Positions 1 through 10,157 of a stretch of DNA of 28,644 bases are shown here, piece after piece. The stretch spans positions 1 to 28,644 of the forward strand of contig BAAFSQ010000121.1 in assembly GCA_054661495.1 (NCBI GenBank), read 5' to 3'. Within the stretch, counting starts at the first letter, position 1; every line of letters starts with the position of its first letter. The notes below the pieces were generated by a model, which ran no database searches, was not told where the DNA came from, and saw nothing but the letters and a program-made list of their open reading frames with translations. Made by a program: the position numbers and the translations under genes. Origin of the DNA: Zygophlyctis sp. KS116. Its lineage: Eukaryota > Fungi > Chytridiomycota.

Positions 1-774
1 ATAGAAAAGAATCATATCTCAGGCCCGGAAGAAAATCTAGAAAGAATATGTTTCATATTAAATCTAAAATTGTTCGCAGTCATTTCGCGAATCAACAGGA
101 GCAGACCAAAAACATTCAATGGAGTAAATTGATTCAGTCAGATTTTGTAAATTGGCCTGATAATTTACCGATCAAATCACCGTGTAAGTACAGTAAAGAT
201 GAACTGGTCGTTCTCTTGGCTCAGCTGCAAAAAATTCGATTCACTGACACATTTCTTCAAAAACACAAAGCCACAAAAGCATATCACAAAAGATCAATAA
301 GATCTTCATATAAAACAATTAAAGAAAGAAGATATGATCAATTGGCCAGAAGAATTACCCATAAAAAGCCCAAAATTCTATAAGACCAATGAATTGGTAC
401 AGCTTTTGTCACATTTGGATAAAATACGTTTTACTGATAAATATCTACAAGACACGAGAAACCAGTTCAGTCAGAAATCTCCCATGGAAAATTATGAAAC
501 TCGTGCGAAAAAATACGCACACAAAATTTCTTTTCAAAGAAAGCTGGTTAATAGCCATTTTCATAATCAATTGCAATTTGATAGCTCAAAACCGAAAATA
601 ATTTTATGGAGTAAACTGAAAAGAGAAGATTTTATTAATTGGCCGGATCATTTACCTATCAAAGCGCCGATAACATACAATTTAGAAGAGTTTAAAACAC
701 TTTTATCTCATCTGGATCAGATACGGTTCACTGAGAGGTATCTTGAACAGTATAAAGCTTTGAATTCTTTATAG
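1..774 (+). pseudogene. Member 1 of the 'NWP-LPIK' repeat family; 5' end lies outside the window; apparent frameshift near 298-333
   Basis: The frame of ORF 48-383 is open from the window start and carries one full repeat (WSKLIQSDFVNWPDNLPIKSP..IRFTD). A different frame (301-774) carries a 5'-truncated repeat (KQLKKEDMINWPEELPIKSP) and a full repeat. No GT-AG or GC-AG intron that restores the frame was found at 260-333. Confidence 0.65.
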
Positions 775-930
775 GATTTTGTAATTTATAATGATATCTC
801 AAAGACTAGATGTCTCCAGATTGTTTTAGAATAATTTTTCACACAGTAATCAAATTCTAAAACGTGTTGCTGATAGGAATCCCAAAATAAGTATGTACCG
901 ATTATGAATAGATCATATTATTTAGTGCCA

Positions 931-1010
931 TCTATAATGCGGTGAATAAAAATGAAGATTTGGTAAACTGGCCTTAAAATTTAGGAATCAAGCTTGCAGA
1001 TAAATATAAA
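931..1010 (+). pseudogene. Degenerate relic of the same family
   Basis: 951-1010 translates NEDLVNWP*NLGIKLADKYK, the repeat core with an in-frame TAA. 931-954 is 23/24 identical to 2802-2825 in member 3. Confidence 0.7.
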
Positions 1011-1228
1011 ATAATTGTCCGATATACGTCTGATGATCTCAATAATGGGTGATTGAACAGTATCCCATATAATGGAAAATTATACATGAGATCAGATTGA
1101 AGTGCTTGTGCAAATGCGGAAACGAAATTCTCTTCGTAAAGTCGCAAGTTCAAACGTAAATTTGTACTATAACCGCTAAAATTTACTGGTTAATCCTAGC
1201 TTGAATTGAAATTTCAAGAAATCAGAAA

Positions 1229-2343
1229 ATGAGAACATTTAAAGTTGTGAGACAGGCTTACTTTGCATTACTGCTATTATCTCTTGTGTTGTGTGTGGAT
1301 GAAGCCGATGAAATCTTTCAATCGGTCAATGAAGAAATGTCAGAGCAAGATCAAGAGATTCTGATGGACTTATTTTCAATAGATAAGCTAATTAATGATG
1401 CTGCTACTGGAAATAATCCGATTCAGTCAATGGTAAAAGTTGATCATCAGAATAGAAAGGATGGTTCTTTGAGCGCTGTTATTGATAAAATTGGTATGGC
1501 ACTGTCCGATTCTAATCCATAGGTCAGTTTAATCATGAACACGTAGACTCGATGCATAATCCGTTGGATGCGCAAAACAACTTTTATACAAATGAAGAAA
1601 TTCAAGACAAATCTTTTCTGGCGGAAACATTTCAAGAAGAATATCATAATCCGGCTCTTGAGTTTGAAAGAAAAACAATGTTCTCTCCAAAAACGAAATC
1701 GAGAACTGGAAACGAAAACAGTATTCAACCAACGGCTCGTTATCCGATCAAGTCCAGTTTTATCAAAGAATCAGATCTCAGGAAAAAAGACTCAAAACGC
1801 TCATCTCATCGAAATATATTGCATCATTTCAGAAATCAACTTAAGCAGAATCAACTTCTGAAAACAAGAATAGAATGGTATAAATTGACTGCAGAAGACT
1901 TTGTCAATTGGCCAAAGCATTTACCTATTAAACCTCCCAATCGGTACAAGAATAGTGAATTGGAGATTCTCTTGTCGCAGCTGAATACAATAATATTTAG
2001 TGAACAATATTTACAAATGCAGAAGGTCTCTGGAACATATGTAAGACAGAATTTTCTTAAAAATAAGAAGGGGATCTCTTTGAAAGAGGCTGCATACAAT
2101 TATCACAAAATGAAAAAACTTGTTAATGATCATTTTAGAAATCAGTTGCAGCTAAACCATTTAAGGATCGAGAGAGTCCCGTGGATTAAATTGCAGAAAG
2201 CTGATTTTATTAATTGGCCAGAAATTTTAATTATGAAAGCACCCGATCACTACAATGCAAAAGAAATGAAAACACTTTTATCTCATTTGGAAAATATTCG
2301 TTTCAGTGAACGCTTTCTAAAAAGTTACAGGGAAATTAAATAA
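1229..2343 (+). CDS. Member 2: putative secreted protein with acidic motif and two NWP-LPIK repeats; exons 1229-1493, 1523-2343
   Basis: Signal-peptide-like MRTFKVVRQAYFALLLLSLVLC. A 29-nt intron at 1494-1522 (GTATGG...CTAATCCATAG) joins ORFs 1229 and 1552 in frame. Confidence 0.8.
1297..1368 (+). repeat. 72-nt perfect direct repeat, copy 1 (copy 2 at 2692-2763)
   Basis: ggatgaagccgatgaaatc...gagattctgatgga is identical in members 2 and 3. Confidence 0.95.
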
Positions 2344-2629
2344 TGTTTTTTACTAAACTTGATTCATTTCATTAGCAAGTGTTGGTAAAGGGAATCAGAT
2401 GCATGTTGTTTTTAGAAATCCTAAATGTATATGATAAAATACGCTCACTGTTCAATATAAACAGTAAAATATAAAAGGTGTTTGCCATAAAAGCCGAATT
2501 GATTCACTGGAGTGTGCTTAAAACTTTTGACACCGCTTTCAAAAAAAGGCTCACCGCAAGTGCAGAAAGTTTGAAAGCGCCGTGACAAACTTAAAGTCTG
2601 GTGCAAATTTGACCTGGAAACTAGTTATT

Positions 2630-3777
2630 ATGAAACTGGCTTATTTGCAGTTGATAATCATCTCAACGGTAGTATGTATGAATGAATCATGGGATGAAGC
2701 CGATGAAATCTTTCAATCGGTCAATGAAGAAATGTCAGAGCAAGATCAAGAGATTCTGATGGAACTATTCTCAAAGGAGGATCACCTTCTTGATCCTTAT
2801 CTCTATAATGCGGTGAAGAAAAATGGGCCTGGATTAGAAGTGGATCCCCATAAAAGTAATCTTCTTCATTTAGATCAAATCGCTAAATTAGAAGCTCTAA
2901 TCGGTAAGAAACTGTCTGATTTTAATCAAAAGATCCCCTAACTTTTCTAGATAACAAGGAAGATGTTAGTTTCCTACATTCTGGAGGATATAAAAGAAAG
3001 ATTGATAATTTGGAGTTAAATAATTATAAGCATCGAATTCATGAATCTCAATATCTGGACAAATTTTCAAATAATGAACATATCGGGATATCGAGCGACC
3101 ATGACACAGGCATCAATGCTCCACCTAGAAAGAGACAGAAGACCACAGTTAAAAATCCAGGAATTAACAGTGCTAATGATTGGAAAATTTCATCTGTATA
3201 TAGTAGTGCTCAAGCAAAAAATCTAGACAATGGATATAGATCTTCACAGATTGTTCATGCAAAGAGAAAACGTGTTTCAAATTATTTCAGAAATCAGCTA
3301 ATTCATCTTCAAATGCATATCGGGAACGTTCCGTGGAACAGCTTTAGGAAAGAGGATTTTATCAATTGGCCAAAGAATTTACCAATCAAATCACCTGAAA
3401 AATACACTCCGACAGAGTTGAAAATTCTTTTACTAACTTTGGAACAGATACGATTCAGTGAAGACTACATTCTACTACAGAAAGGATATAAATCTTCCAA
3501 TATTGAAAAAGAAGCATTTAAGTCTTCCAATATTGAAAACGAAAGGCGAAAACGAGTTTCAGATTATTTTAGTAACCAGCTAGAGGATCTTCATGTTACT
3601 TCTGGAAAACGTCCATGGAATTATCTTAGGAAAGAGGATTTTATCAATTGGCCAAAGAATTTACCAATCAAATCACCTGAAAAATACACTCCGATAGAGT
3701 TGAAAATTCTCTTATTAACTTTGGAACAGATACGATTCAGTGATAACTATAAAAGTAAGATTTCAAAATCACGATAG
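2630..3777 (+). CDS. Member 3: putative secreted protein with acidic motif, NLS-like PPRKRQK and two NWP-LPIK repeats; intron 2904-2932 or 2904-2950
   Basis: ATG at 2630 gives MKLAYLQLIIISTVVC. GTAAG donor at 2904; both AG acceptors (2932, 2950) are in frame with ORF 3010-3777. Confidence 0.8.
2692..2763 (+). repeat. 72-nt perfect direct repeat, copy 2
   Basis: Identical to 1297-1368. Confidence 0.95.
3344..3743 (+). repeat. Intragenic direct repeat 3344-3461 / 3626-3743 (118 nt, 3 mismatches)
   Basis: Hand alignment; encodes RKEDFINWPKNLPIKSPEKYTP(T/I)ELKILLLTLEQIRFS twice. Confidence 0.95.
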
Positions 3778-3986
3778 ATGTCTTTGTAATTTGGAATAGA
3801 TAAGATAAAGTGATTACTTTAAACATTTTCAACAACGATTGTATTAAGAGCGAATTCTAATTCTCAAACTTTTGCGGGGAAATGTGTGACTTTTTATTTA
3901 GGTATTTTTATCAAAAGTCGCTAAACGTCGCGACACGAAACTGCTCCTTATAAAATCCGAGCAAAGCTCCGGAAATAGTATACATT

Positions 3987-6787
3987 TTATTCATCAAAGA
4001 TATTTAACTGAGATTCAAATTTCCCTCTAGATTCAAAATAATCCGTTTTCAGGTTATATCTCCAGCTTCCATCAGAATATGAAAACCAGGATGGGTTCCA
4101 CTTTTGATTATTCGACTCCATTAATTTACGAGACTCTCGCTGCTTTTTTTCCAGCCTTTCTTTTTCTCTCTCTGCTTCTTCTGCAAGGCCTTGCTCGTAT
4201 AATCTTAAAATTAAAAAAGGAAAATAATACTGTTGGTCGGGCCTGAGCCTCGTATCTGTCTTTGGTATTAGACCATCTAAATCGTTCGTCAATTCATTTA
4301 ATTCCATAGCAAATTGAGTAAATCCATAGTTTTCCCTAAAATTGTAAGGGTGTGGTTTTGCTCTCCAGATAACATTCATAGAGTCAGGAGATGCATCTGT
4401 GTAGTAACTTAATGAATGATTCCATCTTCCGTTTATATTATAAATTTTCTTTCCCCGAGAATCTTTTAATTCTCCAACAACTTCATTTTGTGAGGATGTA
4501 AAATAGCCAGATTCCTTGAAACTGAGTTCACAAACGTAACCAAGAGTTTCATTTTTTATGATTAGAGTTCCATGGTGTTCTAAATATCGGTTTGTTGAAA
4601 ATATGTTTCGCATTGATGTAGTAACTAAAATAAGTGAACATTTCCTAAATACCTCTTCCCCAAGAATATTTTTCCTTTAATAATGGAAATTCCAGATGAA
4701 TGGTACCAGTACACGTTAATTCCATTGACTTCCTAAAAATTAATCTAATCCTAAAATGTACCCCCAAAACTTGGACTTCATCAGAGAATCTTGATACCAA
4801 ATATATTCCTTCCCTTTAGCGTAGCATGCCATGATCGGCGGCTGATGTGATACTTTTTCACTAATAAATTGGAAACCTGGATGTCAAAAAATTTAAAATA
4901 TGCCTTTGTCCGGTCGCACACATTCATATGTCTCACCCAGAAGAGGATTGAACTTTTATGTTAAAAAATACTAAATACCGGTTTTCTTGCAGCACGATGA
5001 ATTGTGCATGCATATCCTGAAACAGCAAATCCAGCAACCAAAAGCAGCCTCTGTACCGGATCTTCCTTTTGAGCAGCTTTATCTAATAATTCAGAATATT
5101 CCAACTCTTCACAAAGTCTCTGGAGCAGATTCACAGGCTCATTTAAAATGATCGGCATAGACACTTTTGACAAATCTTTTCCAACCTATTTTATCAATAT
5201 TTAAAAAGGTACATAATTCCGTAAAATTGACATCAAATTTAAATTGTCCATTGAGATTGTAGGATGAGGAAGTTTATTTCGTCTTACAATGGTCTTCAAA
5301 GCTGTTTCGCTCATGGAAGTTGAATAAAAAGATTCCATCTCTCCTGAATTTTCATCCGCAGAAACTTTCAACTCTTCATTATGAACCAAGTCTGAAAAAT
5401 CATCATTTTTGGCCATTTTCGTATCAACCGGACTATTGTCATTTTCAAAATCGTCATATGCTATTGAAGATTGATCAATTGTTATATGTTCAGTCTCAGA
5501 ACTGTTATACGAGGAAGAATCTGAGTCATCATCTTCTTCTAAACCAGATTCAGCATCGTAATACTGATTCATTGAGCAAACTGAACTTTTTCGTAGAGAT
5601 TGCGACCCTCCAAAACTCTTAGATATTAATCCCATATCATCAAAGTCAGGTGGTAAAAAATCCCCAATTGAGATTTGCTCCAGCCCAAATTTTTTGCGTA
5701 TCAAATTATTATCCTTTATAGATGCTACATAAGCAGATTCAAAGATTTGAAAAACATTACTAGCCTGTTGTCTATAATTTTGTATTTTTGATGTATAAGA
5801 AACTAAATATTTTCGAATTTTTTTTACATCTTCCGAGAGTGAATCTGTCATTACTGAAAATGACACTAGTATATTCATAAAATCTAAAAAATTAATTTTC
5901 ATAGACTCACCTTTCCATGAACTTTTAGAATCTATTCTTCCTTTTGAAGAATCTGCAATCAACTTCATTTTTTTTAAATTTTCTGTTAAAGATTCTAATA
6001 CTAGTACCAGTGTTGCATTCATATCATGAATATCAGAATCCATAGAATATATTCCAAATTGATTATCTAAATTTGTAATAGAAGAATGTAAAAATTCAGT
6101 ATTTGGACTTTCTTTAGTATCTGCAAACTTTTCAATCATTGCAGTCCATTTTTGAAATTCTATGGGAGATAATACTTTAAAATGAAAAACTTCTTGACCC
6201 GAATCCACATCAATCAAACAATGATCATGATCAACGTGTACCGCTGAACTTGCTAACGCAGCCTGACCTCTAATTGAGCCGCCTATACTTTTATAATAGC
6301 TTAAAGTTCCATTAGACTCTAGAGTCACCCATCTCTTTTGATATCCTTGCATTGCCAAATTCCCCTTTTTTAGCATCCATCCCTTCATGACCTGCTTATC
6401 ATCAGGATCTTGAATAAAAGATTTCGATCCTAAATTAACAGAAAATAATAATTTTTTTGATGTTTTTCTAGTCTTTAGTCAAGTCAATTACAGTGAAAAG
6501 GAATTATCAAAGATCAAATAATAATATCCGGGCAAAGTAATGATCATCGATCCATGTACCGTAGAAGAAGAAGATTGATAATGAGCAACGGGAAGTACAG
6601 GATCTAAATCAGGAATCCAATCATGTAAATGAAAACTCTTGGCTTTCCTTAAATTCTCTTCCTTAAATATTCCAAATTTAATATTATTCTTTCTCGTATG
6701 AAACGTCCAACTTAAATCTATCGGCACAGTCTTGATTTCTAGTAAATGTTTAAAGAATGATCGAGGCTTGATCTCTACTTCTTGCAT
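3987..6787 (-). CDS. OSH3: Oxysterol-binding protein homologue with GOLD + PH + OSBP domains (Osh3-like), 8 short introns
   Basis: GOLD-like [33 protein letters not shown] motifs [21 protein letters not shown] and TDTRLRPDQ. Introns 6468-6491, 5884-5910, 5186-5212, 4953-4978, 4877-4903 (GC-AG), 4733-4761, 4625-4652, 4204-4230. Confidence 0.9.
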
Positions 6788-6800
6788 TCTTTAGATTTGA

Positions 6801-6895
6801 CAGCGTCTAGACTCAGGGGCAGGAGGTTGTCCCTGGTCTTGGCGCTGCTGAGCAGGGGCAGGGAACTTGTAACGCAAGTAGAATTCTCTTTTTTT
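6801..6895 (+). ncRNA. Candidate structured RNA or regulatory element: GC-rich long hairpin, small hairpin, T7 run
   Basis: CAGCGTC/GGCGCTG, AGAC/GTCT and CAGGGGCA/TGTCCCTG pair across 6801-6847. ACTTG/CAAGT hairpin follows, then a T-run at 6889-6895. No family recognised. Confidence 0.3.
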
Positions 6896-6901
6896 AAATT
6901 A

Positions 6902-9460
6902 CTACAAATGTTCCATCTGAGAAGACCATTCCAGGCTAGAACCTTTTAATGATAATAAACATGTCTTTCCCATTAATACAAGAAACTTTGATAGTTTTCC
7001 TGATCTGAGAAATTCTTCATAATATGCAGTGTTTGAGTCTGTCAAGAGGTCCAAGAGTCCAAATACCTTTTTGGTATTGCTAAAGTAATAAATTTAAAAT
7101 TATAAACTTACCCCTTCATAAATGATTCAGTTTCACTCAAAATTCCATGATACCACATTATAATTTCTGGAATATAAATGTCTTTGAGAGATTGGAGAAT
7201 CATTTGAGTCACTAAATGTTAAAAAATTAAAGTTACTTGGATTGGCAGCTTCAGCTGGATCAGATAGAAATTCACTCTTGAAAATCATTTCAAAAGTTGA
7301 AGAAACTGTTTCAGTTAAAGTCTATAATTTAGTCAAAGTTAAAATACTCTCATATCAATGCACCAACTCTTGTACTCTTTACTATTTTCTGTAATTTCAG
7401 AAATCTGGCTTTAAAGTTTAGAATTTTTAAAACGTACCCAGGTTTCTTTTCTAACATGGGATTTTTCTTTGACATGGCCTGCCAAGAGTTATATCCTTCA
7501 ATACACTTTAATAGTAATCTATAATCAAGTTGTTCCCTAACAGCAGCTTTAATTGCTATTTGATGTTCGTCTTCAATCATGGCAACTTCATTATAAATAC
7601 TGTTCAGCCATGTATTGTTAAATAAATCTGGGAATGTGAATACTACCTGCTGAGCTGCATTCACCTTTCCTTTTCCTATTATTTTAAAAATCAATTAGAT
7701 TCTTTACGTAAAAACGATCTCATTAGCTGATTGCATTTAAAAAGAGCATCTTGTCGCTGAATAGGATCAAATGATAACCATTCTAAAGCTCTAACTTGGA
7801 TTGTTTCTAGGGTAGAAAGGTCTTGATTCAATCCAGAAATCTTTACAGACTCAACATCAATAGATTGTGTTTCCTTTAAATCAGAGTAAACAAAGTACCT
7901 TTCCCATTCCTTCATTAAAAATGCCATCAACTGTAGCTCTAGCAATCTCCAAGGCTGGGAGTTCTTGAAGAAAAGCAGCTTTAAGATACTCAATTCGTAC
8001 GTGTTTATCATCATGAATACCTAATAATTACTTAGAAATAATCATACTTTTCAAAAATTCAGAATAAACATCAATTTGCATTTGAGCAGGTAGGAATTTT
8101 GTGTATAAAGCAATAATTTCTCTCTAAAAGTCAATGAAATAATATTACCTTTGGGCCTTTAATTAACACTTGTATAAAAGATTTCAATACAAAGTATACA
8201 TCCTCATCGGGGAGAGGACATTCCATTTCTCGTAAATATAAACTTAAATGAACAGCAAACCGCAAGACTTGGGCGAGATTAGGAATTCTAAATAATTTAC
8301 ATAAAAAATGGTTACAGTTCCATATCTGGATTCGTTTCCTGTCTTTGAAGTTTTATTCTGAGCCCAGAAAAAATAGAACCATATTCTTTTAAAATTATAC
8401 AAGCCTGAATTTCACGAAAAGGATCTCTTGCACTAGCACTAGGTCATAAATCCAGCCTAATTTACCTTATTTGAGGATCAGAATGCTTTAAAAGTGAATC
8501 AAAAATTTCCTTTGGCCTTAGAGGTTCTGGGGGCAATGGAAGAGATAAATTATCAGCATGGGTAAGAATTTCTGTTCTAAATTTACATAGATACTATTTC
8601 ATTTAATTCTTTATAAAAGATACCTTGTCTAAATCAGAGTCTAATAGTGCATGAAACCTAACCCAGACATAATCTTCCCAAGTTTTAAGAACCGGTGCAA
8701 CATGCTCTACATCTCCAGCCAAATATCCGTAAATTGCTCTTTCGTAAGAAGGCAAATCTGACTATTTTTTTAAAAAACATAATTTAGTACTTGACACGCC
8801 ATTTGATAACAGACTGCTTTCCAAGCATTCCGATTTGCATTTCCAACTGTATATTCCCCAGTAGAATTGTAAAATACACCTCCTTTCAGAGATGCAGCCC
8901 TCCAAGGTTCATCAGAATCCTTTGCAACCTTGTGAGCACCAACCATATCACCTCTCCTTAAATAATCAAAAATGCATTTTAATAATTCCTGTTGAGAAAT
9001 CTGATCTTGTAATTTCCAAACTTTACCCTGTCTACTACAAGCATCAGGATCAATTTCAGTAACAATATTCAAATCTTTATCAGTCCCATGAGATCTTAAA
9101 TGTGCAAGAGTCACTGGTAAATAAGATTTACTTTTAATCCCAACAATCGGATCACAAATTTCTTCAGCCCACATGCGAATAGTCTAAAATTAAAAACTAA
9201 AAAAATACCAAAAAATGCGCCAAGTCTTCCTTTCCAGCAATAATCTTTTGTACTTTTAGATAGTCTGTATCGGTCCAATTTAAATGCATATCAGAATCAT
9301 TTTCTGACCTTTCCATTGCCAATAATTTCCAAGTTTTCCCTTCCATTTTATAAATTGGAGAGTTTAGTTTTGCACAAATATCTTGACCTTTTTCTGCCAA
9401 GCCTTGAGCAGACTCTTTTTGAATTGTGAATGAGAACTGTAATAGAGCTTCATTTTCCAT
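6902..9460 (-). CDS. NUP84: Nucleoporin Nup84/Nup107, about 13 short introns
   Basis: Motifs VTEIDPDA, IFDYLRRG, EPWRAASLKGG, NRNAWKAVC, YERAIYGYLAGD, TWEDYVW, IRALEWL-like VRALEWLSF. Spliced frame ends at TAG 6902-6904. Confidence 0.88.
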
Positions 9461-9513
9461 TCTTTACAACGCTCCGCCTACAACTTGCACTCTGCCTCAA
9501 AAATTATAGAATA

Positions 9514-10029
9514 TTATAAATCTAAATCTAATAAACTTAAATCTGCCTTTGCTTCTTTATCTTGTATTGTCGTATTTATCCAATTCATTGATACATCTTC
9601 TTCCTGACTGACTTGATTAACTTGAACAGATTCTTTAACAGACTGATTAAATAATAAACTTGATCTCATTTTAGAATCTTGAGGTATTGGTGGTTCATTA
9701 GAATACAATGATGGATGTGTAGTTGCTGATAGAGATCTTGCAAATTCTAAAATAATTTCCTGATCTAGAGGTTCATATTTAGTAATTAGAAGAATAGAAT
9801 CCTCCAATTCTTTAATAATTGTAGATAATTCTGTTACAAAATCCTTTAAAGAAATTTTTAGATTATTTTTGACATTTAATTTGAGTAATAATTCAGATTT
9901 TAGATTTTCCAAGTCTCTAGTTTTATTAGAATCAGTGAGTAAAAGTTTAATCAAGTCATTAATTTGTAGAGAAGAGTCTACTGAAACGATGGAAGAGAGA
10001 AATGAACGAAAGATTAGAGAGTAGTCCAT
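9514..10029 (-). CDS. MED4: Mediator subunit Med4 (short form)
   Basis: Coiled-coil N-terminus, then IILEFARSLSATTHP...PPIPQDSKMRSSLLF matching the Med4 C-terminal signature, and an LLDLDL tail. Confidence 0.7.
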   Translation of the reverse strand: MDYSLIFRSFLSSIVSVDSSLQINDLIKLLLTDSNKTRDLENLKSELLLKLNVKNNLKISLKDFVTELSTIIKELEDSILLITKYEPLDQEIILEFARSLSATTHPSLYSNEPPIPQDSKMRSSLLFNQSVKESVQVNQVSQEEDVSMNWINTTIQDKEAKADLSLLDLDL

Positions 10030-10086
10030 CTCTGTTTTCTTGGCAAAATATTTTACAAGAAATCTAGGTTTTACATTTTCTCAGTA

Positions 10087-10122
10087 GGTTGACTCTCGGG
10101 TTGACTCTCGGGTTTACTGTCT
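10087..10122. repeat. 12-nt tandem repeat GGTTGACTCTCG x2 plus a degenerate third unit, in a divergent promoter
   Basis: Directly visible between the MED4 and ankyrin starts. Confidence 0.8.
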
Positions 10123-10157
10123 ACAGGGTAAGTAGGGCTGCGCGGTAGGTGTGAAAA

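Noticed and set aside
389-3226. Small overlapping ORFs (389-601, 1447-1728, 1529-1732, 1568-1861, 1851-2099, 3041-3226)
   Set aside because: They overlap better-supported repeat-family frames and show no features of their own.
1297-3743. CRISPR array or transposon termini suggested by the direct repeats
   Set aside because: The repeats lie within coding frames and are irregularly spaced; no transposase, RT, TIR or TSD was seen.
6841-6890. TPP riboswitch or tRNA-Sec interpretation of the GC-rich element (GCTGAG...GAACTTG)
   Set aside because: It lacks the remaining TPP consensus, is antisense to both neighbours, and forms no cloverleaf or T-loop.
9461-10029. Treating ORF 9514-10029 as the first exon of NUP84
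   Set aside because: It has its own Med4-like C-terminus and stop, and NUP84 has a separate ATG at 9460.
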